A stretch of DNA of 49,770 nt, taken from positions 1 to 49,770 of the forward strand of contig JASLBS010000163.1 of the NCBI GenBank assembly GCA_030146405.1, written 5' to 3'. Shown here one piece after another: positions 18,295-33,469 of the stretch (positions are counted from its first letter, which is position 1; each line of letters begins with the position of its first letter). Under the pieces are notes generated by a model. It ran no database searches and was not told the origin of the DNA. It saw nothing but the letters and a program-made list of their open reading frames with translations. The stretch comes from Arthrobacter sp. GTDB taxonomy: Bacteria > Actinomycetota > Actinomycetes > Actinomycetales > Micrococcaceae. A program made the translations under genes and the position numbers.

Positions 18295-19380
18295 ATGCCC
18301 AGGTTCTCCGCTGCCGAAAGATCGTGGTCCGACGACGCCGTGCGCCGGATCGAGGCGGACGGCAACAGGTCGGCGGACACGCACCTCTTCGCCGTTCCGC
18401 TGCCCGCGGAGTGGGGCGTGCAGGTCTATCTCAAGGACGAGTCGACACACCGGACCGGCAGCCTGAAGCACCGCCTCGCGCGTTCACTCTTCCTGTTCGG
18501 CCTGGTCAACGGCTGGATCACCGAGGGAACCACCATCGTGGAGGCGTCCAGTGGATCGACCGCCGTGTCCGAGGCCTATTTCGCGCAACTGCTCGGGCTG
18601 CGGTTCGTCGCGGTGATGACGGCCACCACGAGTCCCGAGAAGATCGCGCTGATCGAACAGTACGGCGGCACCTGCCGGTTCGTGCAGCACGCCTCGGACG
18701 TCTACGCGGTAGCCGAGGAGGTGGCACGGGAGACCGGTGGCCACTACATGGACCAGTTCACCTACGCGGAGCGCGCCACCGACTGGCGGGGCAACAACAA
18801 CATCGCAGAGTCCATCTTCGAGCAACTGACCCTCGAACCGCACCCCCTTCCGGCGTGGATCGTGGTGGGCGCGGGAACCGGAGGGACCAGCGCGACGATC
18901 GGCCGGTACCTCCGCTACAACTGGTACCCCACGCGGCTCGCCGTGGTCGACCCGGAGAACTCGGCGTTCTATCCGGCGTGGGCCGAACCGGGCTCCGTTC
19001 CCGTCGGTAAGCCCTCGCGCATCGAGGGCATCGGCAGGCCGCGTCCGGAACCGAGCTTCGTCCCGTCGGTGATCGACACCATGATCCGCGTTCCCGATGC
19101 CGCGTCCGTCGCTGCAGCCCGCCATCTGCGGGCACTCACGGGATTGCATGCCGGACCGTCCACGGGTACCAACCTCTGGGGTGTGTGGCAGCTCGTGGCG
19201 GATCTCGTGGCCGACGACCGCACGGGGAGCATCGTGTCCCTGATGTGCGATTCCGGGGAACGCTACGCCGCGTCCTACGACGACGACGCCTGGCTGGCTC
19301 GTCGGGGTCTGGATCCGACCGCGTCGACGGCAGTGCTCGATTCCTTCTTCGCCACCGGGCGCTGGCCGTCCCCGCCCTGA
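18295..19380 (+). CDS. cds1: PLP-dependent cysteine synthase-family protein, Cds1-like L-cysteine desulfhydrase
   Basis: [22 protein letters not shown] and [15 protein letters not shown] (ASSGST variant of the Cds1 clade), GTGGTS; TAGGCT 6 nt before the ATG. Confidence 0.8.
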   Translation: MPRFSAAERSWSDDAVRRIEADGNRSADTHLFAVPLPAEWGVQVYLKDESTHRTGSLKHRLARSLFLFGLVNGWITEGTTIVEASSGSTAVSEAYFAQLLGLRFVAVMTATTSPEKIALIEQYGGTCRFVQHASDVYAVAEEVARETGGHYMDQFTYAERATDWRGNNNIAESIFEQLTLEPHPLPAWIVVGAGTGGTSATIGRYLRYNWYPTRLAVVDPENSAFYPAWAEPGSVPVGKPSRIEGIGRPRPEPSFVPSVIDTMIRVPDAASVAAARHLRALTGLHAGPSTGTNLWGVWQLVADLVADDRTGSIVSLMCDSGERYAASYDDDAWLARRGLDPTASTAVLDSFFATGRWPSPP

Positions 19381-19444
19381 ACCCCGGCCTTCGACGGTCC
19401 GTTCCTGACAGGCGGGTCCTGGCGCGTGGTCGGCCTGGACCAGG

Positions 19445-20104
19445 TCAGACCTCGATGCTCTCCCGAACCCCGAGATGCCGGAACTCCGTGCCGTAGCGGG
19501 CTCCGAGGCGGCTGATGTGGCCCTCCACCATGCCCAGGCCGGTCTCGTTCAGGAGTGCGTCGTGGATCTGCACGGCTCTGGGCGCCCGTACGGACGCCAC
19601 GAAATCCACCACCTCCGACAGCTTCGACCACGGCGCATGCACGGGGACCAGCAGGGTGCCGACCTCCACCCCCTCGGGGACGATGAACGAGTCACCCGGG
19701 TGGTACAGGGTGTCCTCGATCAGGAAACCCACGTTGGCGACCATCGGGATCAGCGGATGGATGAGGGCATGCTGTCCGCCGAACGTGCGGACCCTGAAAC
19801 CTGCAGCGGAGAATTGCTCCCCACCTCCGACGGCGTGGATCCGGCTCCCCGCCGACTCGTCGAGGCGCTCGGCCACCATGACGGCCACTCCCTGCGGCGC
19901 CCAGAGCTCGAGCGATTCCTGCAGCGTGAGCACCTCCACCACCCGTTCCACGTCGATGTGGTCCGGGTGCTCGTGGGTCACCAGGACGGCGGTCGCACCG
20001 TCGAGCGCCTCGTGCACCTCGGAGAAGCTGCCCGGATCGACCACCAGTACTGCGCCCTCGCGCTCCAGCCGCACGCAGGAATGGGAGAACTTGGTCAGGT
20101 TCAT
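19445..20104 (-). CDS. MBL-fold metallo-hydrolase
   Basis: HSCV, DPG, THEHPDH, YHPGDS; TAGGGT 6 nt before the ATG. Confidence 0.9.
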   Translation of the reverse strand: MNLTKFSHSCVRLEREGAVLVVDPGSFSEVHEALDGATAVLVTHEHPDHIDVERVVEVLTLQESLELWAPQGVAVMVAERLDESAGSRIHAVGGGEQFSAAGFRVRTFGGQHALIHPLIPMVANVGFLIEDTLYHPGDSFIVPEGVEVGTLLVPVHAPWSKLSEVVDFVASVRAPRAVQIHDALLNETGLGMVEGHISRLGARYGTEFRHLGVRESIEV

Positions 20105-20183
20105 CCGCCCACCCTACCCGCGGCCGCGCTGATAATCTTGAGTCTGGTCCAGGGCGCACAGACGCCCGCGGAAAGGGTAGGAC

Positions 20184-20681
20184 ATGACATCTGAAGGAAC
20201 GCCCACAGCCACTGCGAGCAGCCCCTCCGAGGTGGGGCTCGGAGCAGGATCGGAACCCGGGCAGACGGTCCGCCGGGGGTCCGAACAACGCGTGACACGC
20301 CAGCGGCGCGCAGTCGGTACCGCCCTGGACGAACTGGCCGACTTCGTCAGTACCCAGGAACTGCACCGCGTCCTGCACGACAAGGGCGAGCAGGTCTCCC
20401 TCGCCACCACCTACCGGATCCTCCAGTCCATGGCCGACGACGGCCTCGTCGACGTACTTCGCAACGGGGACAACGAGGCGGTCTATCGCCGCTGCGCCGT
20501 CGAGCACCATCACCATCACCTGCTGTGCCGGACCTGTGGTCGTGCCGTGGAGATCGAGGCTCCGGCGGTGGAGCAGTGGGCCGCGCGCGTCGCTGCGGAA
20601 CACGGCTTCACCGAGGCCACCCACACCGTGGAGATCCATGGTCTCTGCCCGAGGTGCACCGCGCTCGCGGCGCAGTCGTAG
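20184..20681 (+). CDS. zur: Fur-family regulator, probably Zur
   Basis: TRQR, VSLATTYRIL, HHHHHLLCRTCG, GLCPRC; near a Zn ABC operon. Confidence 0.85.
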   Translation: MTSEGTPTATASSPSEVGLGAGSEPGQTVRRGSEQRVTRQRRAVGTALDELADFVSTQELHRVLHDKGEQVSLATTYRILQSMADDGLVDVLRNGDNEAVYRRCAVEHHHHHLLCRTCGRAVEIEAPAVEQWAARVAAEHGFTEATHTVEIHGLCPRCTALAAQS

Positions 20682-20794
20682 CTGCACGCCCGATGTCCAC
20701 TGCACTGACTCGCGTCGACCCGCTTCCCGGCCGTCCGGGTGATCACTCCGACGGTCCTGACGACGGCACCGCCGTCCACTGCGCTGAAACGGTG

Positions 20795-21334
20795 ATGTCT
20801 TCCGACAACTCCGCAGCCCCTGCTGCAGGCTGGCTGCCCTCCGGGGGGCATGCCGGGGACGGATCTGGTGCCTGCGTCGACGCCCTGGTGGAGTCCGTGC
20901 GCCGGTACCGGAACGCGGAGGCTGCGATGCGCGGGAAGAGCCGCGATTCGATGCACCTCGGCAAGACCGACATGGCAGCCCTGCGCTTCCTGCTGAGAGC
21001 CGGCCGGTCCGGGCGCCCACTCAGCGCGGCCTCGCTGGCACGCGACCTCGAGATCTCGACGGCCGCCACCACCGTTCTGATCGACCGCCTGGAGAAGACC
21101 GGCCATGCCGAGCGGCGCCCCAGCGCCACCGATCGGCGTGCGATCGAGATCTGGCCCACCCCCACCACCGACGACGAGGTGCGCTCGACCATGGGCGTCC
21201 TGCACGAGCGGATGATGGGCATCGCCGGAGCGCTGTCCGCGGAGGATCGACGCACGGTCCGACGATTCTTCGAATCCCTCGGTACCGCCCTGGGCGAGCT
21301 CGACTTCCCGGATCCGGTCCGGGAGCACATCTGA
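20795..21334 (+). CDS. MarR-family regulator (paralog 1; start uncertain, 20693 or 20795)
   Basis: TDMAALRFLL...LARDLEISTAATTVLIDRLEKTG...DRRA winged HTH. Confidence 0.85.
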   Translation: MSSDNSAAPAAGWLPSGGHAGDGSGACVDALVESVRRYRNAEAAMRGKSRDSMHLGKTDMAALRFLLRAGRSGRPLSAASLARDLEISTAATTVLIDRLEKTGHAERRPSATDRRAIEIWPTPTTDDEVRSTMGVLHERMMGIAGALSAEDRRTVRRFFESLGTALGELDFPDPVREHI

Positions 21335-21414
21335 CCCCCTTGCCACGGCACCCGGGCAAGGGAATCCTCGGACGCTGCTTCCCTAGAAAGATTGAATACT
21401 AGATGGTCTAAGCT

Positions 21415-21960
21415 ATGACCATGGAATCTTCGGACGCCCAGCAGGGAGCAGGGTACTGGTACCCGCAGTCCGGCGAGAACGCATCCGCCCAGGTGGTCAG
21501 CGGCGTCGATGTCCTGAATGCGCTCCGTGCCTACCGCACCGTGGAGAACGGACTCCGCCGTGACCTCAGTCAACGGCTCAAGATCAACGAGACGGACCTC
21601 GGTGCCCTCCGTTATCTGCTGGTCGCCTGGCAGCGTGAGCAGAGCGCCAGCCCCAAGGAACTGGCCCTGGCTCTCGGCATCTCCAGTGCGTCGACCACCC
21701 TCGTGATCGACCGCCTCGAGAAGGCCGGTTTCATCCAGCGCCGCAGGCACCCCGTGGACCGCCGTGCACTGATCCTCGAGCCCGGGGAGAAGGCCACCGA
21801 GGAGTTCCGCTCGGCGTTCGACGTCGAACGCCGTGGCGTCCTCGCAGCCGCTGACACCCTGAGCAGCGAGGAGACCGAAACCGTGACGCGCTTCCTCCGC
21901 AGCATGGAACAGGCGATCGTCGACGCCGTGGCACAACCCGACGACGTCCGCCAGTCCTGA
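21415..21960 (+). CDS. MarR-family regulator (paralog 2; start may be ATG 21421)
   Basis: TDLGALRYLL...LALALGISSASTTLVIDRLEKAG...HPVDRRA. Confidence 0.9.
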   Translation: MTMESSDAQQGAGYWYPQSGENASAQVVSGVDVLNALRAYRTVENGLRRDLSQRLKINETDLGALRYLLVAWQREQSASPKELALALGISSASTTLVIDRLEKAGFIQRRRHPVDRRALILEPGEKATEEFRSAFDVERRGVLAAADTLSSEETETVTRFLRSMEQAIVDAVAQPDDVRQS

Positions 21961-22105
21961 CTGCGCATGGAACCACCCGGGCAGGCGGCTGCGCGAGGTT
22001 TCCTACGAAGTGCTGAACCAGCCCTAGGGCACCGCTGTGCGCGGCCCTGGCGGGCAAGCGCTTCCGATGCCGGGTGTCACAGAAGACTCGCGCCCGGCCA
22101 GAGCG

Positions 22106-23014
22106 TCAGGAGACAGCGGAGGCAGGAGCCTGAGGCCGTGTCCGGCCGGGCCGTGAGTCCTCGCGTGACCTCCTCGCGACCCTGCGTGAGCCGATGAGCC
22201 TGCAGACGATGTAGATCGCGAAGGAGATGGTGGTCACGTAGGGGCTGATCGGGATCCGACCGCCCAGGGCCAGGAGGATCCCACCGACCACCGCGGTGCA
22301 GGCGAAGGCGACGCTGAGCAGCACCACCAGGCTCGGGGAGGACGTCACGCGCAGGGCGGCGGCGGCCGGGGTGATGAGCAGTGCGAGGACGAGCAGCGCA
22401 CCCACCACCTGGATGGACAGTGCCACCGAGATGCCGAGCAGCACCATGAAAAGGATCGAGAGCCCCCGCACCGGTACACCTCGTGCCTCGGCGAGATCGG
22501 CGTCGGCACTGGCGAACGTCAGCGGACGCCAGATCACGGCAAGGGCCAGCATCACCACCACGGCACACCCGACGAGAAGGTTGAGCTGCACACTGTCCAC
22601 CGACACGATCTGGCCGGTGAGGAGCCCGAACTTGTTGGCCGCACGTCCCTGGTAGAGGGAGAGGAAGAGGATTCCCAACCCCAGGCCGAAGGGCATCACC
22701 ACACCGATCACGGAGTTCCTGTCGCGGGCGCGGATCCCCATCACGCCGAGCACCAGTGCGGCGAGGACGGAACCCACCAGCGAACCGGCCACCACGTTCG
22801 CGCCCACGAGGAGCGCGAAGGCCGCACCGGCGAAGGACAGTTCGGCGATGCCGTGGACCGCGAAGGCGAGATCGCGCATCATCACGAAGGTGCCGATCAG
22901 GCCGCCGAGCAGCCCCAGCACGGCCCCCGCGATGAGCGAGTTGCGGACCAGCGGCAGGAGCTGCGCATAGTTGTCGAACGTGAAGATGGCGCTGAAGATC
23001 TCCTGGAAGTCCAT
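22106..23014 (-). CDS. znuB: Zn/Mn ABC transporter permease
   Basis: Multi-TM; AVHGIAELSFAG, AEARGV, VVGALLVLALLITPAAAA. Confidence 0.88.
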   Translation of the reverse strand: MDFQEIFSAIFTFDNYAQLLPLVRNSLIAGAVLGLLGGLIGTFVMMRDLAFAVHGIAELSFAGAAFALLVGANVVAGSLVGSVLAALVLGVMGIRARDRNSVIGVVMPFGLGLGILFLSLYQGRAANKFGLLTGQIVSVDSVQLNLLVGCAVVVMLALAVIWRPLTFASADADLAEARGVPVRGLSILFMVLLGISVALSIQVVGALLVLALLITPAAAALRVTSSPSLVVLLSVAFACTAVVGGILLALGGRIPISPYVTTISFAIYIVCRLIGSRRVARRSREDSRPGRTRPQAPASAVS

Positions 23015-23016
23015 GC

Positions 23017-23856
23017 CTAGCCGTTCTCGTGATGGTGCGTGGTGGCGTCCGGAAGGCCCACGACCACGATCCGCCCGTTGCTGTGCAGGACCTCGACGGG
23101 ACTGTTGTAGAGGTCGGAGAGAACCTCGCTGGTCAGGACCTCGTGCGGAGAACCGATGCGGAACCGGCCGTCCGCCAGGTAGAGCACCCGGTCCACGTAG
23201 TCGATCACGGGGTTGATCTCATGGGTCACGAAGACCACCGCGCTGTTCTTCTCGTGGCACTGTCGGTTGATGAGCGAGCTCACGGCCTGCTGGTGGTTGA
23301 GATCCAGTGACAGCAGGGGTTCGTCACAGAGGAGCACAGCGGGATCGGCGGCGAGAGCCTGCGCGGCCCGGAGGCGCTGCTGCTCCCCTCCGGAGAGGAG
23401 TCCCACCGGGGCGTCGGCATAGGACTCCGCGCCGACGTCGCGCAGGAGCGCGTCCACCCGTTCCGTGTACCGGCGGGAGCGAATCCGCAGGCCCCATCGG
23501 TGACCGTCCACCCCGAGCCCCACGAGGTCGCGGGCACGCAGCGGGGTCTCGGGAGGGAACGACTTCTGCTGCGGGATGTAACCGAGGGTCGGGCTGCCGC
23601 GCCGGATCGGTTGACCCTTGATGGTGGCGGTCCCGGCGTCGAGCTGCTGCAGCCCGAGGAGCACCCTCAGGAAACTCGTCTTGCCGGAACCGTTGGGCCC
23701 GAGGACCGCGAAGAACTCACCCGGCTGGATGTCGAGATCGAGGCCGTCCCACAGCGTGCGCCGTCCGAAGGAGAGCCCTGCCCCCCGCAGACTGATCGCG
23801 GCACCGGTCGCTTCCCTCTGGGGGGTTGCGGTTTCCCGGATCGTGGTCGAGGACAT
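23017..23856 (-). CDS. znuC: Zn/Mn ABC transporter ATPase
   Basis: GPNGSGKT, GYIPQ, LSGGEQQR, LLCDEP, VTH. Confidence 0.9.
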   Translation of the reverse strand: MSSTTIRETATPQREATGAAISLRGAGLSFGRRTLWDGLDLDIQPGEFFAVLGPNGSGKTSFLRVLLGLQQLDAGTATIKGQPIRRGSPTLGYIPQQKSFPPETPLRARDLVGLGVDGHRWGLRIRSRRYTERVDALLRDVGAESYADAPVGLLSGGEQQRLRAAQALAADPAVLLCDEPLLSLDLNHQQAVSSLINRQCHEKNSAVVFVTHEINPVIDYVDRVLYLADGRFRIGSPHEVLTSEVLSDLYNSPVEVLHSNGRIVVVGLPDATTHHHENG

Positions 23857-23906
23857 CGGGTGCTGGTCCAGTCTGTCGGAGGGCGGGTACTCGGAGGAGA
23901 TCGACG

Positions 23907-24908
23907 TCAGGAGTTGAGCACGTCCTCGATGCTGTCGGTGTTGGCGCTCATCCAGGACACGAAGTCCTCGCCGTCGGGAAGCGTCTCGGTGAAGTTCAGC
24001 ACCGGCAGACCCGAGCTCTCTGCCTCGGACCTGATCATCTCGGTCTGGGGGCTCTCGGTCTGCTCGTTGTAGGCGAGGAAGGCGGCCGTGCCACCGGCGA
24101 CCAGTTCCCTCATCTCCTCGAGGACGGCGACGGGGACGTCCCGCTCCTCTTCGATCGCCTCGCTGAACTCCTCCGGGGTCGCGTTCTCGAGGCCTGCAGC
24201 CTCGAGCAGGTAGAGCGGTACCGGCTCGGTCACCGCCACGGTCCTGCCGGACTCCGCGGAGGCGAGGTCGCCGAGGCGATCCTGGATGGGCTGCAGGCTC
24301 TCGGCGAAAGCCTCTGCCCGCTCCTGGTAGGCGTTGGCGTTGGCGTCGTCGAGACGACCGAGTTCCTGGGCGAGCGTGTTCGCCAGCGACACCATCACGG
24401 GGAGGTTGTACCAGACGTGCTCGTTGAACTCGCCGTGACTGTGGCCGTGGCCGTCGTCGTCCGTGTGCTCCTCGTCCGCGTGGTCCTCGTCGTCCGCATG
24501 CTCCTCGTCGTCGTCGTGATCCTCGTCCTGCAGGCCCGAGAGCTCCACCACGTTGAGCACGGTGGCCACGTCGGACTCGTCCGCGAGCCGCTCGAGGAAG
24601 GTGTCGTACCCCCCACCGTTCTCGATGACGACGTCGGCCTCGGACACGGCGAGCCGGTCCTGGACCGTGGGTTCGTAGGAGTGCGGGTCCTGGCTGAGGC
24701 TGTCCACGATCGAGGTCACCTCGACGTCGTCCCCGCCGACCGCGGCGGCGATGTCGCCGTACACGTTCGTGGCGGCGACGATCCGCAGCGCGCCGCCCCC
24801 TGCCGTCTCGGGACTCGTCGCGCCCTGATCACCACCACCGCAGGCGGTGAGCGTCAGTGCGGAGATGGTGAGAAGAACAGGCAGGGCTGAACGACGGGCA
24901 GAGAACAT
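23907..24908 (-). CDS. znuA: Zn ABC transporter substrate-binding lipoprotein with His/Asp-rich loop
   Basis: LTAC lipobox, DPHSYEP, DHDDDEEHADDEDH...GHGHSHGEFNEHVW. Confidence 0.88.
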   Translation of the reverse strand: MFSARRSALPVLLTISALTLTACGGGDQGATSPETAGGGALRIVAATNVYGDIAAAVGGDDVEVTSIVDSLSQDPHSYEPTVQDRLAVSEADVVIENGGGYDTFLERLADESDVATVLNVVELSGLQDEDHDDDEEHADDEDHADEEHTDDDGHGHSHGEFNEHVWYNLPVMVSLANTLAQELGRLDDANANAYQERAEAFAESLQPIQDRLGDLASAESGRTVAVTEPVPLYLLEAAGLENATPEEFSEAIEEERDVPVAVLEEMRELVAGGTAAFLAYNEQTESPQTEMIRSEAESSGLPVLNFTETLPDGEDFVSWMSANTDSIEDVLNS

Positions 24909-24925
24909 GGGGACCTCGATCGAGC

Positions 24926-24946
24926 GAATGAGAACTGTTTAGGTTA
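24926..24946 (-). promoter_or_regulatory. Degenerate Zur-like box overlapping the TAACCT -10 of znuA
   Basis: GAATGAGAAC-T-GTTTAGGTTA; one half resembles the actinobacterial AATGAnAAC Zur half-site; TAACCT on the minus strand at 24941-24946. Confidence 0.55.
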
Positions 24947-24957
24947 GCGAAGCAATC

Positions 24958-26094
24958 CTAGCTCATTCGTCGCTGACTCGCGGATACGTAGCTCGAGGCG
25001 CCCTCGTGACCCGCGGTGACCTCCGTCCCATTGATCCCTTCGCCCGAGCGCCGGGCTCCCCTGTTCTGCGTGGCGTCGCGGATCTCACCGATCAACTGCT
25101 CGATCACGTCCTCGAGGAAGAGGACGCCCCGCGTCGTGCCGTCCGGGCCGAGCACCCGAGCCAGGTGCGAACCCGTACGCTGCATCACGGTGAGGGCGTC
25201 CTCGATCTCGTCCTTGAGGGACAGGTTCGCGAGCGTGCGCACCTTGTTCTCCGTGATCGGACGGCGGTACATGGCCTGCGGCATCGACATGATGTCCTTC
25301 AGGTGCATGTAGCCGGTGAGGTTCCCGCTCTCGTCCACCATGACGAACCGGGAGAATCCGGTCCGCCCCACGGCCCGCTCGAAGTCCTCGGGCGTGGCGT
25401 CGGTGCGCACCGTCACGAGTTCGTCGAGCGGCACCATGATGGTCTCCGCCGTCTGGCCCGAGAACTCGAGCGCGCCCGTGATGAGGCCGGACTCGTCGGC
25501 GACGAGTCCGCTCTTGGTGGACTCCTCGACGATCGACTGCACCTCCTCCAGCGTGTAGGTGGAGGACACCTCGTCCTTCGGTTCCACCTTCATCGCACGG
25601 AGGATGTGGTTCGCCGTCCAGTTGAGCGTGGAGATGACGGGGTTGACCACGCGAGCGATCATCACCAGCGGAGGAGCGAGAAGGAGGGCCGCCTTGTCCG
25701 CGACGGACACCGAGATGTTCTTCGGCACCATCTCCCCGAACGTGACGTGGAGGAAGGTCACCACCAGCAGCGCGATCGCGAAGGCGATACCACCCGCCAG
25801 CGCCTCCGGGACGCCGAGCGCCTCGATGGGTATCACCAGGAGATGGTGGATGGCCGGTTCAGCGACCTGCAGGATCAGGAGTGAGCAGACGGTGATGCCC
25901 AGCTGGGCGCACGCGAGCATCAAAGAGACGTGCTCCATGGCCCACAGTGTGGTCTTGGCCCGCTTGGAGCCGGCGTCCGCCAGGGGCTCGATCTGGCTGC
26001 GCCGTGCGGACATCACAGCGAACTCCGAGCCCACGAAGAACGCATTGCCCATCAGCAGTACGACGAGCCAGACAATTCCCGCCCAGTCGTTCAT
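24958..26094 (-). CDS. CNNM/DUF21-CBS ('hemolysin family') membrane protein
   Basis: NAFFVGSEFA, QLGIT, GEMVPK, GFSRF, LEDVIEQLIGEI. Confidence 0.92.
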   Translation of the reverse strand: MNDWAGIVWLVVLLMGNAFFVGSEFAVMSARRSQIEPLADAGSKRAKTTLWAMEHVSLMLACAQLGITVCSLLILQVAEPAIHHLLVIPIEALGVPEALAGGIAFAIALLVVTFLHVTFGEMVPKNISVSVADKAALLLAPPLVMIARVVNPVISTLNWTANHILRAMKVEPKDEVSSTYTLEEVQSIVEESTKSGLVADESGLITGALEFSGQTAETIMVPLDELVTVRTDATPEDFERAVGRTGFSRFVMVDESGNLTGYMHLKDIMSMPQAMYRRPITENKVRTLANLSLKDEIEDALTVMQRTGSHLARVLGPDGTTRGVLFLEDVIEQLIGEIRDATQNRGARRSGEGINGTEVTAGHEGASSYVSASQRRMS

Positions 26095-27524
26095 CGGTGG
26101 TCCTTCTTCGTCATGGTCGTGCCCGAGGAGGCAGCACCAGCTATCGGTCGGGGTTCTGCGTTCTGCGGGACGTGCTGGTGTTCGGCCACCACGGCCTCCG
26201 TGGGAGCGTCGTCCTGCGACTCGTCCGGGCTCGGCGCCGGACGGAAGTGGAGGCGGTCGATCCGGCGGTTGTCCATGCGCTCCACCGTGATGGTGCCCGC
26301 GGGAACCTCCACGCGGTCACCCGGCACCGCCACGCGACCGAGTTCGGCCATCATGAAACCGGCCACCGTCTCGTACCCCGCCTCATCGGGTACTACGAGG
26401 CCCGGGATCTGCACCGTGACCTCGTCGGGCCGCATGAGGCCCGGGAAGTACCAGTCCCCCTCGGCGCTCTGCAGCACACCGGGCTGCAGCTTGTCGTGCT
26501 CATCGGCCACTTCCCCGACGATCTCCTCCACGAGGTCCTCGAGCGTGGCCACACCTGCGGTTCCCCCGTACTCGTCGAGCACGACGGCGAGCTGCAGGTT
26601 GGCTTCACGGAGTTCGCTCAGCAGGCTGTCGAGGTGCACCGTCTCCGGTACCCGCAGCACATCGGTCATGATGGTGCCCGCGGGTAGCCCGGCGCGCTTG
26701 TGCCGAGGCACTGCCACCGCCTTCTTCACGTGCACGACGCCTCGGATGTCATCGGCGGAATCACCGATGAGCGGGAACCGCGAGTAACCGGTACGGCGGG
26801 CGATCTCGACGACGTCCGCCACCGTCTGGGTCGAGTCGATCACCTCCATCCTGATGCGCGGCGTCATGACGTCCGCCGCCGTCTGCTCCGAGAAGCTGAA
26901 GGTGCGGGCCAGGAAGTTGGCGGTGCCCTGGTCCAGGGTTCCCATCTCGGCGGAGCGGCGCACCAGGGAGGAGAGCTCCGAGGGTGTCCTCGCACCCGAG
27001 ATCTCCTCCTTGGCCTCGAGACCGAAGATGTTGAGGATGCGGTTCGAGAACCCGTTGAGCACCACGATCGCGGGCTTGAGGACGCCCGTGAACACGAGTT
27101 GCGGACGGGCGAGGGCCTTGCCGACCCGGAAGGGGAGGGCGATCGAGAGGTTCTTCGGGACGAGCTCGCCGATGAGCATCGAGAGCAGCGTCGCGAGAGC
27201 CATCGCGATGATGATCGACGTGGAGCCGATGAGCGCCTCGGACAGACCCAGCGCAGCCAGCGGCGTCTCGAGCAGGCTTCCGACGGACGGTTCCATGACG
27301 TAGCCCGTCAGGAGGGTGGTCAGCGTGATGCCGAGTTGGCAACTCGACAACTGCGTGGACAGCGACTTCAGGCACCTGAGGAGAGGCTCCGCCTTCGTGT
27401 CGCCCTCCTCGACGGCCCGTTGCACGTAGGTCTGGTCGAGCGCCACGAGGGCGAACTCCACGGCCACGAAGAATCCCGTGCCGAGGATGAGGAGGAGGCC
27501 TGCACCGAGATAGATCCACTCCAC
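26091..27524 (-). CDS. CNNM/DUF21-CBS-CorC membrane protein
   Basis: GFFVAVEFA, QLGIT, GELVPK, VMTPR, GYSRFP, DEYGGTAG, EDLVEEIVGE, YETVAG. Confidence 0.93.
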   Translation of the reverse strand: MEWIYLGAGLLLILGTGFFVAVEFALVALDQTYVQRAVEEGDTKAEPLLRCLKSLSTQLSSCQLGITLTTLLTGYVMEPSVGSLLETPLAALGLSEALIGSTSIIIAMALATLLSMLIGELVPKNLSIALPFRVGKALARPQLVFTGVLKPAIVVLNGFSNRILNIFGLEAKEEISGARTPSELSSLVRRSAEMGTLDQGTANFLARTFSFSEQTAADVMTPRIRMEVIDSTQTVADVVEIARRTGYSRFPLIGDSADDIRGVVHVKKAVAVPRHKRAGLPAGTIMTDVLRVPETVHLDSLLSELREANLQLAVVLDEYGGTAGVATLEDLVEEIVGEVADEHDKLQPGVLQSAEGDWYFPGLMRPDEVTVQIPGLVVPDEAGYETVAGFMMAELGRVAVPGDRVEVPAGTITVERMDNRRIDRLHFRPAPSPDESQDDAPTEAVVAEHQHVPQNAEPRPIAGAASSGTTMTKKDHR

Positions 27525-27849
27525 CGCTACATCCCCTCCCCGGTCGTGCCGGAGGGGGAATGCAGCGGTCCGCGTCTGAGGGGGTCCGCGGCGTCGGACG
27601 TGGGGGTCGCTGCGGACTGGTCCGAACCGGCATCGGCCGGGCGTTCAGAACCGTGGTCAGGCAGCGAATGGGCAAGAGGAGAGGGTATGCCGGCGTCGAG
27701 CCGGCCCCTAGAAGGACTGTCCATAAGAAGGCCAGTGTAACGGCTCCGAACCCCTACGCCACCGGTGTTTTCGCCCGTGGCCGAACGCCTGCCCCGTAGT
27801 GGTAGAAGCACACCCGAAGGTCCCGATCACCGGCAGGCGGATCCCGCCG

Positions 27850-33344
<5,495 letters not shown>

Positions 33345-33361
33345 CGGGTCATCAGTATGAT

Positions 33362-33395
33362 GTTGGGTGGGGCCGAGGCCCCACCCAACGTCTTT
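33362..33395 (+). terminator. Intrinsic terminator after kgd
   Basis: GTTGGGTGGGGC-CGAG-GCCCCACCCAAC then GTCTTT. Confidence 0.8.
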
Positions 33396-33469
33396 AACGC
33401 CTTCGGGCGTATCTCGTGCCCGGGCGCGACGTCTGAGCACCATCCATCAACCAGCACACCGAGGGACCA

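Noticed and set aside
24420..24535. Short tandem-like repeats in znuA
   Set aside because: They encode the ordinary His/Asp-rich loop of Zn-binding proteins
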